NCBI GenBank assembly: GCA_963804645.1
Contig: CAWDRG010000019.1
Location: 96,001 to 160,000 of the forward strand
DNA length: 64,000 nucleotides
Direction: 5' to 3'
Source of the DNA: an uncultured Bacillota bacterium
Lineage (GTDB): Bacteria; Sysuimicrobiota; Sysuimicrobiia; Sysuimicrobiales; Segetimicrobiaceae
Shown here: in pieces, positions 9,100 through 19,699 of the stretch
How the letters are laid out: each line of letters begins with the position of its first letter
How positions within the stretch are numbered: position 1 is the first letter of the stretch
Position numbers and translations under genes: made by a program
Notes under the pieces: model-generated
Database searches by the model: none
The model's input: the letters and a program-made list of their open reading frames with translations, nothing else
What the model was told of the DNA's origin: nothing

Positions 9100-12024
9100 G
9101 TGGCTGACACGGCGGTGTCGCAGGACCTGGCCCACGATCTCCGGCGGCGCATCCGGGGCGAAGTCCGCTTCGACGCGGTCTCGCGGGCGCTCTACAGCAC
9201 GGACGCCAGCATTTACGAGATCGAACCGATCGGCGTCGTCCTGCCCCGGGACGCGGACGACATCCAGGCCGTGCTCGAGATCACACGCCGGGCGGGCGTC
9301 CCCGTGCTGCCGCGCGGCGGCGGGACGAGCCTCGCCGGCCAGACGGTCGGCCGGGCCGTGGTCATGGACTGCTCCAAGTACATGAACCGCGTCCTCGAGG
9401 TGGACGCCGACGCCGGGTGGGCGCGCGTGGAGCCCGGTATCGTGCGCAACGAGCTGCTGGCGGCCCTAGCGCCGTTGGGGCTGATCTTCGGGCCCGAGAC
9501 GTCCACCAGCAGCCGCGCGACAATCGGCGGGATGATCGGGAACAACTCCTCGGGATCGCGGTCGCTCGTGTACGGCAAGACGGTCGACACGGTCACCGCC
9601 GCCCGCGTCCTGCTCGCCGGCGGCGAGCCGCTCGCGTGCGCGGCGCTTGACGCGGAGGACGCCGCACTGCGCGCGCTGGGAGACGGCGCGGAAGGCCGGA
9701 TCTACCGCGAGGTGCTGCGGATCGTCGCCGCCACGCGGGAAGAGGTCGCCCGCCGGTTCCCCAAGGTCCAGCGCAGGGTCGGCGGCTACAACCTGGACGA
9801 GTTTCCGCCCGGCGGACCGGTGAACCTCGCCAAGCTGCTCGTCGGCTCCGAGGGGACCCTCGGCGTGGTCGTGGAGGCGACGGTGACGCTGGCGCGCCGG
9901 CCCGCGGCCACAGCACTCGCCGTCTTTCAGTTTGACGACATCATCCCGGCGCTGGAGTACACGCCCGAGATTCTCGAGACCCAGCCGACCGCGGTCGAAC
10001 TGACCGACAAGTTCATCCTCGACATGGCGCGCCAGGCGCGCGAGCACCGCCACCGGCTGACCTTCGTCGACGGCGACCCCGGCGCGATCGTGGCCGTGGA
10101 ATATGCCGGCGACAGCCCGGAGGCGCTGACCGCCAAGCTCGACGCGCTCGAGGTGCGGATGCGCCGCGCCGGGTTCGAGGGCCCGATGCGCCGGATCACC
10201 GAGCCCGGCGCCCAGTCAAACCTGTGGGCCGTGCGGGAGGCCGGGGTCGGGCTGCTGCTCGGGATGAAGACCGCCCGCAAGCCGGTCGCGTTCGTCGAGG
10301 ACAGCGCCGTGGGGCCCGCGCGGATCGCCGAGTACACCCGACGGTTTCGCGAGATCGTCCGCCGGCACGGCACCGAGGCGTCGTTCTACGGGCACGCGAG
10401 CGTCGGGCTGCTGCACACCCGGCCGATCCTGGATCTGAAGCAGGCCCGCGACATCGAGGAGATGCGGGAGATCGCGGGCGAGATCGCGGACCTGGTCCAA
10501 GAGTTTGGCGGGGCGCTCAGCGGCGAGCACGGGGACGGGCTCTCGCGCGGGGCGTTCATGGAGCAAATGTTTGGCTCCGAGCTCTACCAGGCGTTCCGGG
10601 GGATCAAAGCCGCGTTTGATCCCGAGGGACTGATGAACCCCGGCAAGATCGTCGGGGCTCCGCCCATGACTGAGTCGCTGCGGTACGGCCCGGCCTACCG
10701 CGCCGTCGTGCCGGCGACGATCCAGGATTTCACCCGGGACGGCGGCTTTGCCAACGCCGTCGAGCTGTGCAGCGGCGTCGGCGCGTGCCGGAAGCAGCGG
10801 AGCGGCACGATGTGCCCGTCGTACATGGTCACGCTGGAGGAGGCGCACAGCACGCGCGGGCGGGCGGACGCGCTGCGCGCGGCCATCGCCGGACACCTGC
10901 CTGACGCGCCGCTCGTGAGCCGAGCGCTCTACGAGGTCATGGATCTGTGCATCGGCTGCAAGGCGTGCAAGGCGGAGTGCCCGAGCAACGTCGACATGGC
11001 GAAGTTGAAGCACGAGTTTCTCGCCGCCTACCACGATGCGCACGGGCTGCCGGCGCGCGCCCGGCTGTTCGGGGGCGTCGCGGCGATGGGCCCGCTCGGC
11101 TGCGCCACCGCGCCGCTGTCCAACTGGGTGCTGGCGAGCCCGCCGGTGCGGTGGGCGCTCGACCGCGTCCTCGGGGTGGACGCGCGGCGGCGGCTGCCCG
11201 CGTTCACGCGGCAGCGGTTCTCGAAATGGTTCGCCGCCCGCCCGCGCGCGGCAGCCCCGCCGACGTCCGGCGCCGCGCCCGCGGGGCTGCCCGGCGGGGG
11301 ACGGGTGCGGCTGCTCGTCGATACGTTCACCGAGTACTACTATCCGGAGATCGGCCGAGCGGCCGTACGCGTGCTGGAAGCCGCCGGGTGCGAGGTGGCC
11401 CTCGCGGGCACGGTGTGCTGCGGGCGCCCCATGATCTCGCAGGGGATGCTGCGCGAGGCGAAGGCGCTCGCGGAGGAGAACGTCGGCCGCCTGCGCGCGT
11501 TCGCGGAGGGCGGCGTGCCCATCGTCGGGCTCGAGCCGTCGTGCGCGGCGACGCTGAAGGACGAGTACCCGGACCTCGTGCCGGGGCCGGCGGCCGAAGC
11601 CGTGGCGCGGCAGACGTTTCTGTTTGAGGAGTTTCTCGCCGCGCTCGCAGCGGCGGGGGTGCGCGTCCCCTACGCCCGGGAGGACCGCCGCGTGGTGCTG
11701 CACGGCCACTGCCACCAGAAGGCGCTCGTCGGCATCGGACCGTCCGCCGCCGCGCTTCGGGCGGTGCCGGGGTGGCAGGTCGAGCCGCTCGACTCCGGCT
11801 GCTGCGGCATGGCGGGGTCGTTCGGGGTGGAGCGCGAGCACTACGACGTGTCGCTGGCGATGGGCGAGCGCGTGCTGTTCAAGGCGGTCCGGGCGGCCCC
11901 CGCCGACGCGCTGATCGTCGCCGCCGGAGCGTCGTGCCGGCAGCAGATCGCGCACGGCACCGGCCGGCGTGCGGTGCACCTCGCGGAAGCGCTCGCCGGC
12001 GTCCTCGACGGGGGGGCCGCGTGA
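9100..12024 (+). CDS. FAD-binding, Fe-S-binding oxidoreductase (YdiJ / GlcD-GlcF fusion type)
   Basis: PRGGGTSLAGQ, GSEGTLG, SGEHGDG, CSGVGAC, CIGCKACKAECP, CCG domains (CCGRP, GCCGMAG). Confidence 0.9.
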   Translation: MADTAVSQDLAHDLRRRIRGEVRFDAVSRALYSTDASIYEIEPIGVVLPRDADDIQAVLEITRRAGVPVLPRGGGTSLAGQTVGRAVVMDCSKYMNRVLEVDADAGWARVEPGIVRNELLAALAPLGLIFGPETSTSSRATIGGMIGNNSSGSRSLVYGKTVDTVTAARVLLAGGEPLACAALDAEDAALRALGDGAEGRIYREVLRIVAATREEVARRFPKVQRRVGGYNLDEFPPGGPVNLAKLLVGSEGTLGVVVEATVTLARRPAATALAVFQFDDIIPALEYTPEILETQPTAVELTDKFILDMARQAREHRHRLTFVDGDPGAIVAVEYAGDSPEALTAKLDALEVRMRRAGFEGPMRRITEPGAQSNLWAVREAGVGLLLGMKTARKPVAFVEDSAVGPARIAEYTRRFREIVRRHGTEASFYGHASVGLLHTRPILDLKQARDIEEMREIAGEIADLVQEFGGALSGEHGDGLSRGAFMEQMFGSELYQAFRGIKAAFDPEGLMNPGKIVGAPPMTESLRYGPAYRAVVPATIQDFTRDGGFANAVELCSGVGACRKQRSGTMCPSYMVTLEEAHSTRGRADALRAAIAGHLPDAPLVSRALYEVMDLCIGCKACKAECPSNVDMAKLKHEFLAAYHDAHGLPARARLFGGVAAMGPLGCATAPLSNWVLASPPVRWALDRVLGVDARRRLPAFTRQRFSKWFAARPRAAAPPTSGAAPAGLPGGGRVRLLVDTFTEYYYPEIGRAAVRVLEAAGCEVALAGTVCCGRPMISQGMLREAKALAEENVGRLRAFAEGGVPIVGLEPSCAATLKDEYPDLVPGPAAEAVARQTFLFEEFLAALAAAGVRVPYAREDRRVVLHGHCHQKALVGIGPSAAALRAVPGWQVEPLDSGCCGMAGSFGVEREHYDVSLAMGERVLFKAVRAAPADALIVAAGASCRQQIAHGTGRRAVHLAEALAGVLDGGAA

Positions 12025-13178
12025 TGGTGGGGCAGGTGTCCAAGGAGGAAGTTCTCGGCCGGCTTGACCGGACGCGGCGGAACGCAGCGGAGCGGGGCTT
12101 CGACGGCCTCGTCGTGATCGGCCGGTCCTTTTACGATCGATGCGGGGACCTCGCCTATCTCACCAATCACTTCCCGCCGTTTCCGGCGACCGTGTTCAGC
12201 GAGACGCAGAAAGGACTGGGGCATGGCGTGCTCGTCCTGCCCGTCCGCGGCGAACCGGCGCTGGTGATCGACGGGCGGGCGTACCGCAAGGAGATGATGG
12301 TCGTCGACGAGATCGTGGCGGATACCGATCTTGCGCGGGGCGTCGTCGGGGTGCTGCGGAGCCGCGCGCTCGGGACCGCGCGGGTGGGGCTCGTTGGCGA
12401 CGACATCATGCCGATCGCGATGTACCGGATGATCACCGAGGCGCTGCCCGCACTGCGGGTGGAGCCCGCCGACGAGATCGTCCGGCGGCAGCGCATCGTG
12501 AAGAGCGCCGCCGAACAGGCGCTGCTGCGGCACGCGGCCGAGGTCTCGGACGCCGGCCTGCGCGCGGCGCTCGGGCGCGTCCGTGAGGGCGCCACCGAGG
12601 CGAAGGTGTGCGCGGCCGGGATCGCCGCGGCGATGGAGGCGGGCGCCGATTTCGTGCGCTATCTGCGGGTGCACTCCGGCGTGTACAGCTCGTACGGGTC
12701 GCGCTGGCCGCAGGCGCTGCCCCGATGCATGGAGCGCGGAGATCTCGTCGCGATGGACATCATCGGCGCCGCCGGCGGGTACCAGTTCGACGTCCTGCGG
12801 ACCACGATCGTGGGCGCGCCCGACGCCGAGCACCGTACATTTCTGGATGCGGTGGCCCGCGCGGCGGACGCGGCGGTGGCCGCCGCCCGGCCGGGGGCGA
12901 TCTGCGGCGATCTCGTCCGAACCGCCAACGGACTGCTCGACGACGCCGGCTACGGCACGCACGCGCGGACGTTCATGGGGCACGGCATCGGGCTCGAGAC
13001 CGTGGAGGAACCCTATCTCACGCCGGAGGTGACGTCCCGCCTCGAGCCGGGCATGGTGATCTGCGTGGAGCCGGGCGTGTACATCCCGGGGTGGGGCGGC
13101 GCGAGCATCGAGCATGAATTGATCGTGACCGACGGCGCCCCCGAGGTCATCACACCGACACCGGCGCGCCAGTGGTGA
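12024..13178 (+). CDS. M24 family (Xaa-Pro/creatinase-like) peptidase
   Basis: IVKSAAE, GHGIGLE, CVEPGVY, SIEH; translationally coupled to the upstream gene. Confidence 0.85.
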   Translation: MVGQVSKEEVLGRLDRTRRNAAERGFDGLVVIGRSFYDRCGDLAYLTNHFPPFPATVFSETQKGLGHGVLVLPVRGEPALVIDGRAYRKEMMVVDEIVADTDLARGVVGVLRSRALGTARVGLVGDDIMPIAMYRMITEALPALRVEPADEIVRRQRIVKSAAEQALLRHAAEVSDAGLRAALGRVREGATEAKVCAAGIAAAMEAGADFVRYLRVHSGVYSSYGSRWPQALPRCMERGDLVAMDIIGAAGGYQFDVLRTTIVGAPDAEHRTFLDAVARAADAAVAAARPGAICGDLVRTANGLLDDAGYGTHARTFMGHGIGLETVEEPYLTPEVTSRLEPGMVICVEPGVYIPGWGGASIEHELIVTDGAPEVITPTPARQW

Positions 13179-13259
13179 CGATCGCGCGGCACGCGTCCGC
13201 GGAGCCGGGGAATCGATTGACCGAGGTCTCGACCCGGGGCCTCCGAGGGCGGTGTCATC

Positions 13260-13440
13260 GTGGGACTGACGCGCCGTAGGATCGTGGGCGACATGGTGCT
13301 CGGCACCGCCTTGCTCGCCTTTGGGCAGGAGGCCTCCGCGCAGTCCGATCCGCTGCCGTCCTGGAACAACGGACCCGCGAAACGGGCGATCACTCAGTTC
13401 GTGGCAGCCACCACCGATCGGTTGAGCCGCCAGTATGTGA
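13260..13440 (+). pseudogene. Truncated Tat-exported HAD-like phosphatase N-terminus
   Basis: LTRRR Tat-like signal then DPLPSWNNGPAKRAITQFV; similarity ends near 13440 and no DxD motif follows. Confidence 0.55.
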
Positions 13441-13764
13441 CGGACCGACCGCTCCGGCCGCGTGGCGTTGACGGGGATTCTCAGCCTCGTGGGATGTCAG
13501 AAAGCCTGCCTCGCGATCGTCCCCCAGCCCGTCACTCCCGCCGTCACACCGAGCATCCAGGTCAGTACGACCATGGGAAAGATCTCCGAATGGACGCTCG
13601 CGCGCCGCTCGTGGAGAGTTTCCCGTGTGACCATAACGGCCAGATCCACGTCTCCGACGTGATCGGGCCGGAGATGTCCGTGGCGCTGTCGGGCGCCCCG
13701 CCGAATGCCGTGCTGAACGTGCGGGCGTGGATCGTGCTCTCCTGACGCGCCGCCGGGGACGGGG

Positions 13765-14163
13765 CTAGGATTTGAACACGCCGCGGCCGACGGCGACCGG
13801 CGTCCCGGCCTCGTCTACGACCTCGATGTCGGCGACGGCCGTCGACCGGCCGACCCTGACGGCGCGCGCGGTGGCCGTGAGTGCTCCGGGGGCGGCCGGC
13901 CGCAGGTAGTCGACGCGGAGATCGATCGTGGGCACGTCGTGGCCGACCGCGGCGATGATCGCGAAGTCGCCGGCCGCATCGATCAGGGAGGCGATCGCAC
14001 CTCCGTGGATGTAGCGTCCCGCGGCGTCGTCCCCCGCGAGGAGGTCCTCGCGAAACGGCATCCGGATGACGACCTCACCTGCCGACGCGCGCGTCATCTC
14101 CAACCCCAGCAGCCGGTGGTACGGCGACTGCCGCAGCAGTTCCGCGAGCGAGTCGGGCGGCAT
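13765..14163 (-). CDS. PaaI family thioesterase
   Basis: IHGGAIASLID, TIDLRVDYLRPA, VAVGRG hotdog-fold motifs. Confidence 0.88.
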   Translation of the reverse strand: MPPDSLAELLRQSPYHRLLGLEMTRASAGEVVIRMPFREDLLAGDDAAGRYIHGGAIASLIDAAGDFAIIAAVGHDVPTIDLRVDYLRPAAPGALTATARAVRVGRSTAVADIEVVDEAGTPVAVGRGVFKS

Positions 14164-15731
14164 CACTCGCCGCCGCCCTTGAGGATGCCGAAGGACGACT
14201 CGGCGCGCTTCCGCAGCGCCGCCCGGTCGACCTTGCCGGTGCTGCCGAGCGGCGCCGCGTCGATGACCAGGACGCGCCGAGGATGGGCGTACGCGGGGCC
14301 GCGGCTCAGGAAGAACTGCTTCAGCTCGTCCTCGGCGACCGTGTGCCCCTCGTGCAGCACCACGAACGCCACGGGAGCCTCTCCCTTGACCGCGTGCGGG
14401 ACCGGGACGACGAAGACCTCCCGCACGGCGGGATGGCGGAGCAGCGTGTCCTCGACTTCTTTGGGGTAGACGTTCTCGCCGCCGACATTGATCATGTCGT
14501 CCATCCGCCCGAGCACGTAGTAATAGCCGTCCTCGTCGCAGCGCGCCAAGTCGCCCGTGTGCAGCCATCCGTCCGCGTCGATCTTCCTGGCCGTGAGCTC
14601 CGGCGCCTTGTAGTACCCTGCGGCGACCCCCGGATTACGCGTCCACAGCTCTCCGGGCTCACCCGGACCGGCCGGGTGCCCGTCGGGCGTGACGACGCGC
14701 ACCTCGCAGCCCGGGAGGGGCAGGCCGCAGCTGCCGAGCTTCCGGGGCCCGAAGCGCGGACTTTCAAACACGACCGGCCCGCCCTCGGTGAGGCCGTACC
14801 CCTCGCTGATGCCCGCGCCGAACGTCGCCTGAAACTCCGCGAGGAGGTCCGGCGGCACCATCGCCGACCCGCACGCCGCCCACCGGATGGACGTGACGTC
14901 GTGCTCGGCCAGCAGCCGGCGCTCGTTCAGCAGCAGGCGGTACATCGCGGGCACGCCCGTGAGGTACGTGCAGCGGTGCCGCGCGATCGCGCGAATGACC
15001 TCGGCCGCGTCGAACCCGGGGAGGATGACGACGGCGCCGCCGGCCATCAGCAGCGGTTTCACCGCCGAGGCCATCGCGTTCTTATGGTACAGCGGAACCG
15101 CCACCAGCCCGCGGTCGGTCTCGTCGAACATCATGATTCGGCGGACCATGTCCATGTTCCAGTACTGGCCGCCGTGCGTCAGGAGCACGCCCTTGGGCCG
15201 GCCGGTCGACCCGGAGGTATACGGCTGCATGCACACGTCGTCCGGGGAGACCGCGGCGCTCTCGAACTCCGGGGAGGCGTCGTCGAGCAGCCGGTCGTAC
15301 GGCAGGGCGCCCGCCGGCGGCCGCTCCGTCACCACCAGCGCGCGGAGCGCCGGCACGTCCGCCTTGAGCCGGACCGCCTGGTCCGCCAGCGCGTGCGCGG
15401 CGATCAGTACCTGCGCATCCGAGTGCTCCACGCAGTACCGCAGCGTGTCGTAGCCGAGCCGCACGTTCAGCGGGACCGGGACCGCGCCGGCCCGCATCGT
15501 GCCGAAGCACAGTTCGATGAACCGCCATTCGTTCGGGAAGAGCAGGGCGACCCGGGCGCCCGCGCCGACGTCGAGACCGCGGAGCAGGCTCGCCACCCGG
15601 CGCATCCGGCCGTCGAGCGCTCGATAGGTCAGCGTGACCCCATCCTGGATGACCGCCGGCCGTTCGGGGAACGCGCACGCCGGCACGTAGATCAGTTCGC
15701 CGAAGTTGGTGGGAGACGTCTGCATGAGCAT
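14163..15731 (-). CDS. Class I adenylate-forming enzyme (acyl-CoA synthetase)
   Basis: YTSGSTGRPKGV, EGYGLTEG, WLHTGD, GGENVYPKEVE, STGKVDR. Confidence 0.92.
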   Translation of the reverse strand: MLMQTSPTNFGELIYVPACAFPERPAVIQDGVTLTYRALDGRMRRVASLLRGLDVGAGARVALLFPNEWRFIELCFGTMRAGAVPVPLNVRLGYDTLRYCVEHSDAQVLIAAHALADQAVRLKADVPALRALVVTERPPAGALPYDRLLDDASPEFESAAVSPDDVCMQPYTSGSTGRPKGVLLTHGGQYWNMDMVRRIMMFDETDRGLVAVPLYHKNAMASAVKPLLMAGGAVVILPGFDAAEVIRAIARHRCTYLTGVPAMYRLLLNERRLLAEHDVTSIRWAACGSAMVPPDLLAEFQATFGAGISEGYGLTEGGPVVFESPRFGPRKLGSCGLPLPGCEVRVVTPDGHPAGPGEPGELWTRNPGVAAGYYKAPELTARKIDADGWLHTGDLARCDEDGYYYVLGRMDDMINVGGENVYPKEVEDTLLRHPAVREVFVVPVPHAVKGEAPVAFVVLHEGHTVAEDELKQFFLSRGPAYAHPRRVLVIDAAPLGSTGKVDRAALRKRAESSFGILKGGGE

Positions 15732-15752
15732 CGGTGCCGGTCCTCTCGACGG

Positions 15753-16739
15753 CTACTCCTGCGGCCGAATGATGATCTTGCCGAACACGTCCCGCTCTTC
15801 CAGGAGACGCTCGCCCTCCGCGGTGGCGGCGAGCGGCAGGCGGCGGTCGATCACCGGGCGCAGCTGCCCCGACTGCACCGCACCCAGCACCGCCTCGAGG
15901 TCCGCGCGGCTCCAGCCGTCCGAGCCGAGCACGGTGAGCTCGCGGGTCCACACATAGCGGAGGTCGGTCTTCGCGTCGTACCCGGAGGTGGCGCCGCACA
16001 CCAGGAGCCGGCCGCCCTTGCGCAGGCTGCGGATGCTGCGCGGCCACGTGTCGGCCCCGGTGTAGTCGACGACGACGTCCACCCCGCGCTTCTGCGTGAG
16101 CCGCCAGACCTCCCGGTCGAACTCGACGTCCCGGTAGTTGATGAGGTGGTCGGCGCCGAGGGCCGCGAGCTTCGCCAGCTTGTCCTCGCGCGACGCCGCC
16201 GCGTACACGACGCACCCCGCGAGCTTCGCGATCTGGACGCACGCGGTCCCCACGCCGCCCGCCGCGCCGAGGATTAGGACGCGCTCCATCGGCTGCAGAC
16301 CGCCGCGAGTCACGAGCATGCGCCACGCCGAGCCGTAGGCGATCGGCAGGGCCGCGGCGTCGTCGAAGGTCATCGCGTCGGGGAGCGGGATGAGGTTCGC
16401 AGTCGGCACCCGGACGTACTCGGCGAGGCCGCCGGGGATGTCCTCGCCGATCGCGCCCCCGTCGATGGCGGGATCGACCACCACGCGCTCGCCCACCCGC
16501 ACCGCCGAGTCGCCGGGACCGATCTCCGCGACCACCCCCGCGATATCCCCGCCGGACGTGAACGGCAGGGGCGTGGGCTTCCCGGGCATGCCGCGCCGCA
16601 CGAACACATCGAGGTGGTTGAGGCCGCAGGCGTGGACCTGGACGACGGCGTGCCCCGGCCCGGCGCGGGGCGTCGGCACATCCGACTCGAGCCGCAGTAC
16701 GTCGCGTCCCCCGTGTTCGTGAAAGACGACCGCCCGCAT
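15753..16739 (-). CDS. MDR family zinc-binding dehydrogenase / NADPH:quinone oxidoreductase
   Basis: ACGLNHLD, GAAGGVG, CGATSG, FGKII. Confidence 0.88.
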   Translation of the reverse strand: MRAVVFHEHGGRDVLRLESDVPTPRAGPGHAVVQVHACGLNHLDVFVRRGMPGKPTPLPFTSGGDIAGVVAEIGPGDSAVRVGERVVVDPAIDGGAIGEDIPGGLAEYVRVPTANLIPLPDAMTFDDAAALPIAYGSAWRMLVTRGGLQPMERVLILGAAGGVGTACVQIAKLAGCVVYAAASREDKLAKLAALGADHLINYRDVEFDREVWRLTQKRGVDVVVDYTGADTWPRSIRSLRKGGRLLVCGATSGYDAKTDLRYVWTRELTVLGSDGWSRADLEAVLGAVQSGQLRPVIDRRLPLAATAEGERLLEERDVFGKIIIRPQE

Positions 16740-16844
16740 GATGTCTCCACCCCGTGCGGCGGACGGCCCCGTCGGCCCGCCCGCACTGCCGCTGTGGAAA
16801 CTTCGCGGCGTGCGGGCGCATCACCTAGATAAGATGAACGAGCC

Positions 16845-17126
16845 GGCGACCCGCGTAATACCTGAATCCGGCGGCATCTGCGCAGACTTTGGAGCAAGCA
16901 CGACCTGCTCGCGGAAGCTCGCGAATTGCTTGGGCCGGTGCGATCCAAGGGACGAAATTGTGCCCTTCCAGGATAATCTACACTCCAGTGTAGATTATCC
17001 TGGCAGGGCACAATTTCGTCGTCCATCGGCCCGCCGGTGCATGTCATTGGCAAGCTTCCGCGAGCAGATCGTGCTGGCTCTAAAGTCTGGACATTTCCGC
17101 CGGATTCAGGTAATACGTGGGTTGCC
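16845..17126. repeat. Long imperfect palindrome (about 280 bp) with a 70-bp near-perfect core
   Basis: 16951-16984 pairs with 16987-17020 (34 bp, 1 mismatch); outer arms 16845-16919 and 17053-17126 are largely complementary. Confidence 0.92.
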
Positions 17127-17166
17127 ACCAGGACGGAGGCCTATCCACATACGGGGGTGCCGGCTC

Positions 17167-18275
17167 ATGGATCAGCATAGCATAGTGGTTGGTCTGGATG
17201 TCCACAAAGGGAGCATCACGGCCGCGGTCCTGCCGCCAAACGTTGCGCGGCCTCAGGAGACGTGCACGATCGAGAACGACGCGCGGGCCGTCGAGCGCTT
17301 GGTGAAACGGATCATGAAGAACGGGAATGCGGTGTTTGTGTACGAGGCGGGGCCGTGTGGATATACGCTGCACCGGCAGTTGTATCGTCTGGGCTGCCAG
17401 GCGGCGGTGATCGCCCCGGGCCTGACGCCCGTGCGTCCCGGCGATCGGGTCAAAACGGATCGGCGTGACGCGGAGAACTTGGCCCAACTCTATCGCGCGG
17501 GGCAACTCACGGAAATTCGGGTGCCCACCGGGGAAGAGGAAGCGGCCAGAGACCTCGTCCGTGCGCGCGAAGACGCCGTGGCCGACCGGCTGCGCGCCCG
17601 ACATCGGCTGAGCAAATTTCTCCTTCGTCAAGGACGGCTGTACGATGGCAAGCAAGCGTGGAGTCAGAAGCATTACGCGTGGCTCCGTCAGCAACGGTTT
17701 GAGTTGACGTTGGCCCAGCAGACGTTTGATGCGTATCTCCGCGGGGTCGAAGAAGCCGACGCCCGGTTGGCGAGTTTGACCACCCAGGTGCTCGAACTGG
17801 CGCAACGGCCGAGCTATGCGGCGCTTGTGCAAGGCCTGCGCTGTCTGAAAGGCGTCGACACGCTGACCGCGATCACACTGATTGTCGAAACACAGGACTT
17901 CCGGCGCTTTGGGCACGCCCGCGCGTACATGGACTTCACCGGCTTGGTGTGCTCCGAGAACAGCAGCGGAGACAGGACCCGCCGCGGCTCTATTACGAAA
18001 GTCGGCAACGCGCATCTCCGCCGTGTCCTGGTCGAGCGGCCTGGAGCTACTCGCATCACAACAGCAGCGGCGCGACGATCACCAAACGACGCCACGGCTG
18101 TCCGGCGGCAGTGGTGCAGATCGCCCGCCGTGCGCAGGACCGGCTTCACCGCCGCTACTGGCGCCTGACCCAGCGCAATAAGCCACGGCCAGTCGCGATC
18201 GTCGCCGTCGCGCGGGAGTTGGCAGGATTCGTCTGGGCAATCGCGCATAGCGTGTCGAGCACCACCGCGGCGTAG
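17167..18275 (+). pseudogene. IS110 family transposase, frameshifted near 18036
   Basis: GLDVHK, YEAG, KTDRRDA, SENSSG, GNAHLRRVLVE, then AAWSY...AIVAVARELAGFVWAI in another frame. Confidence 0.88.
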
Positions 18276-18484
18276 AGTACCAGGAACAGATTCCGAGGAT
18301 CGACGGACGTGTTCTGGACCTGGAGGCGAAGCAGCGGTCAGGAGCATCCTCGAGGGGTCTATGTGGCGGACAGGCTGACGTCTGTGCCGACCCACGTTCC
18401 TAGATTGAGGCAGCTCCCGACGAATCACAATCATGTGCGCTCTGCCCGCTTCGTGCGGGTAACCGCCGAATACGCATGAAAATG

Positions 18485-19690
18485 TCAAGGCTTTTCTCGC
18501 TGCCTCGTGCCGTGGCGGGTAGCGACGAAGGCTCGGTAGTGTCCCTCCGCATCTTGTAAGACCTGCCGTTCTTCAGCCGGCGTCAACGTTTGCTCGTTGG
18601 TCTTGTCCGGCTTGCGTGGACGGCCCCGTCGGCTGGGTGCGCCTGCGGTCAGCTCCACTCGACGTAGCTTGTGCGCCGTAAGACTCGGAGGCGTCCATTT
18701 GTAGTCGGTCCTATCCGCGAGCAGGTGCCAGGCCACCACCGCTAGCTTGCGCGCCACGGCGACGATCGCGATGGCGCGCCCGCGGCGAGCGCGCACACGA
18801 TCGTAGAAGGCATGCAGAGGACCGGGCACACGGATTGCGGACTGGGCCGCTTCGACCAACAGCCCACGCGCATGCGCCTGTCCCTGTCGGCTGATGTGGC
18901 CTGTATGAGCGGGTCGCTCACCGGATTGGCGCACCCGTGGATCCAGGCCCAAATAGCCGACCAACTGCGTCGGCCGCTGAAACCGTGCGACGTCTCCGAT
19001 GACAGCGAGGAGAGCGACCGACGTGATCAACCCCACACCAGGGATCGTCATCAATCGCGTCGCCTGCGGATCCGCGAGAGCGGCCTGCGCGATCCGTTGT
19101 TCGGCTAACTTGATCTCCGCGTCGACGGCGGTGAGCAGGCGGAGCGCACTATCGACTTGGTCCTTCTCTTCGCGCGGAAGCGGCACACTCGCGAGCCAGC
19201 GACAGCCGGCCTTCCCGAACAGGTCCGTGAAGGAGTGTCCAATGAGATTGCGGTGCAGCACCCCGTGAATCCGATTCCGAAGACGCGTCCGCTGCTGAAC
19301 CAGCGACTGATGATGGGCGACCTGATGGCGGAGCGCTCGTGTCACCGGATCTGGTGTCCACACAGGCGGGATAAAATCCGCCGCGAGCAATTGTGCCAAA
19401 ATTGCGCTGTCCACTCGGTCAGTCTTGACCTTGGCACTCGCGATGGCCCGCGTGCGCATTGGATTGGACACAATGACTTCACCGGCATGCTCACTCAGCA
19501 ATTCGGCGATCGCCCATGTATTCACGCTCGCCTCGAGGACGACGCGATCCGTCGAGTGCAGCGTGCGCGCAAAAGCTCGCAATGCGGCGGGCGTCGTCTC
19601 AATGCGTTGCCGTTGCTGAACCTTGCGTCCGTGTTCAAGTACGGCGACTTCAGCAAAGCGTTTGTGGACGTCCAGCCCTATCGATCGCAT
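18485..19690 (-). CDS. IS110 family transposase/recombinase (intact)
   Basis: MRSIGLDVHK, LEAS, KTDRVDS, TIPGVG, YLGLDPRVRQSG, AIVAVARKL. Confidence 0.93.
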   Translation of the reverse strand: MRSIGLDVHKRFAEVAVLEHGRKVQQRQRIETTPAALRAFARTLHSTDRVVLEASVNTWAIAELLSEHAGEVIVSNPMRTRAIASAKVKTDRVDSAILAQLLAADFIPPVWTPDPVTRALRHQVAHHQSLVQQRTRLRNRIHGVLHRNLIGHSFTDLFGKAGCRWLASVPLPREEKDQVDSALRLLTAVDAEIKLAEQRIAQAALADPQATRLMTIPGVGLITSVALLAVIGDVARFQRPTQLVGYLGLDPRVRQSGERPAHTGHISRQGQAHARGLLVEAAQSAIRVPGPLHAFYDRVRARRGRAIAIVAVARKLAVVAWHLLADRTDYKWTPPSLTAHKLRRVELTAGAPSRRGRPRKPDKTNEQTLTPAEERQVLQDAEGHYRAFVATRHGTRQREKP

Positions 19691-19699
19691 GCAGACCCC

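Noticed and set aside
13440..13745. C-terminal part of ORF 13260-13745
   Set aside because: No recognisable similarity on either strand; treated as read-through after a truncation.
16738..17166. N-terminal extension of the IS110 ORF and the near-identical peptide in 16370-17128 (-)
   Set aside because: The shared peptide is a by-product of the DNA palindrome; the transposase starts at MDQHSIVVGLDVHK (17167).
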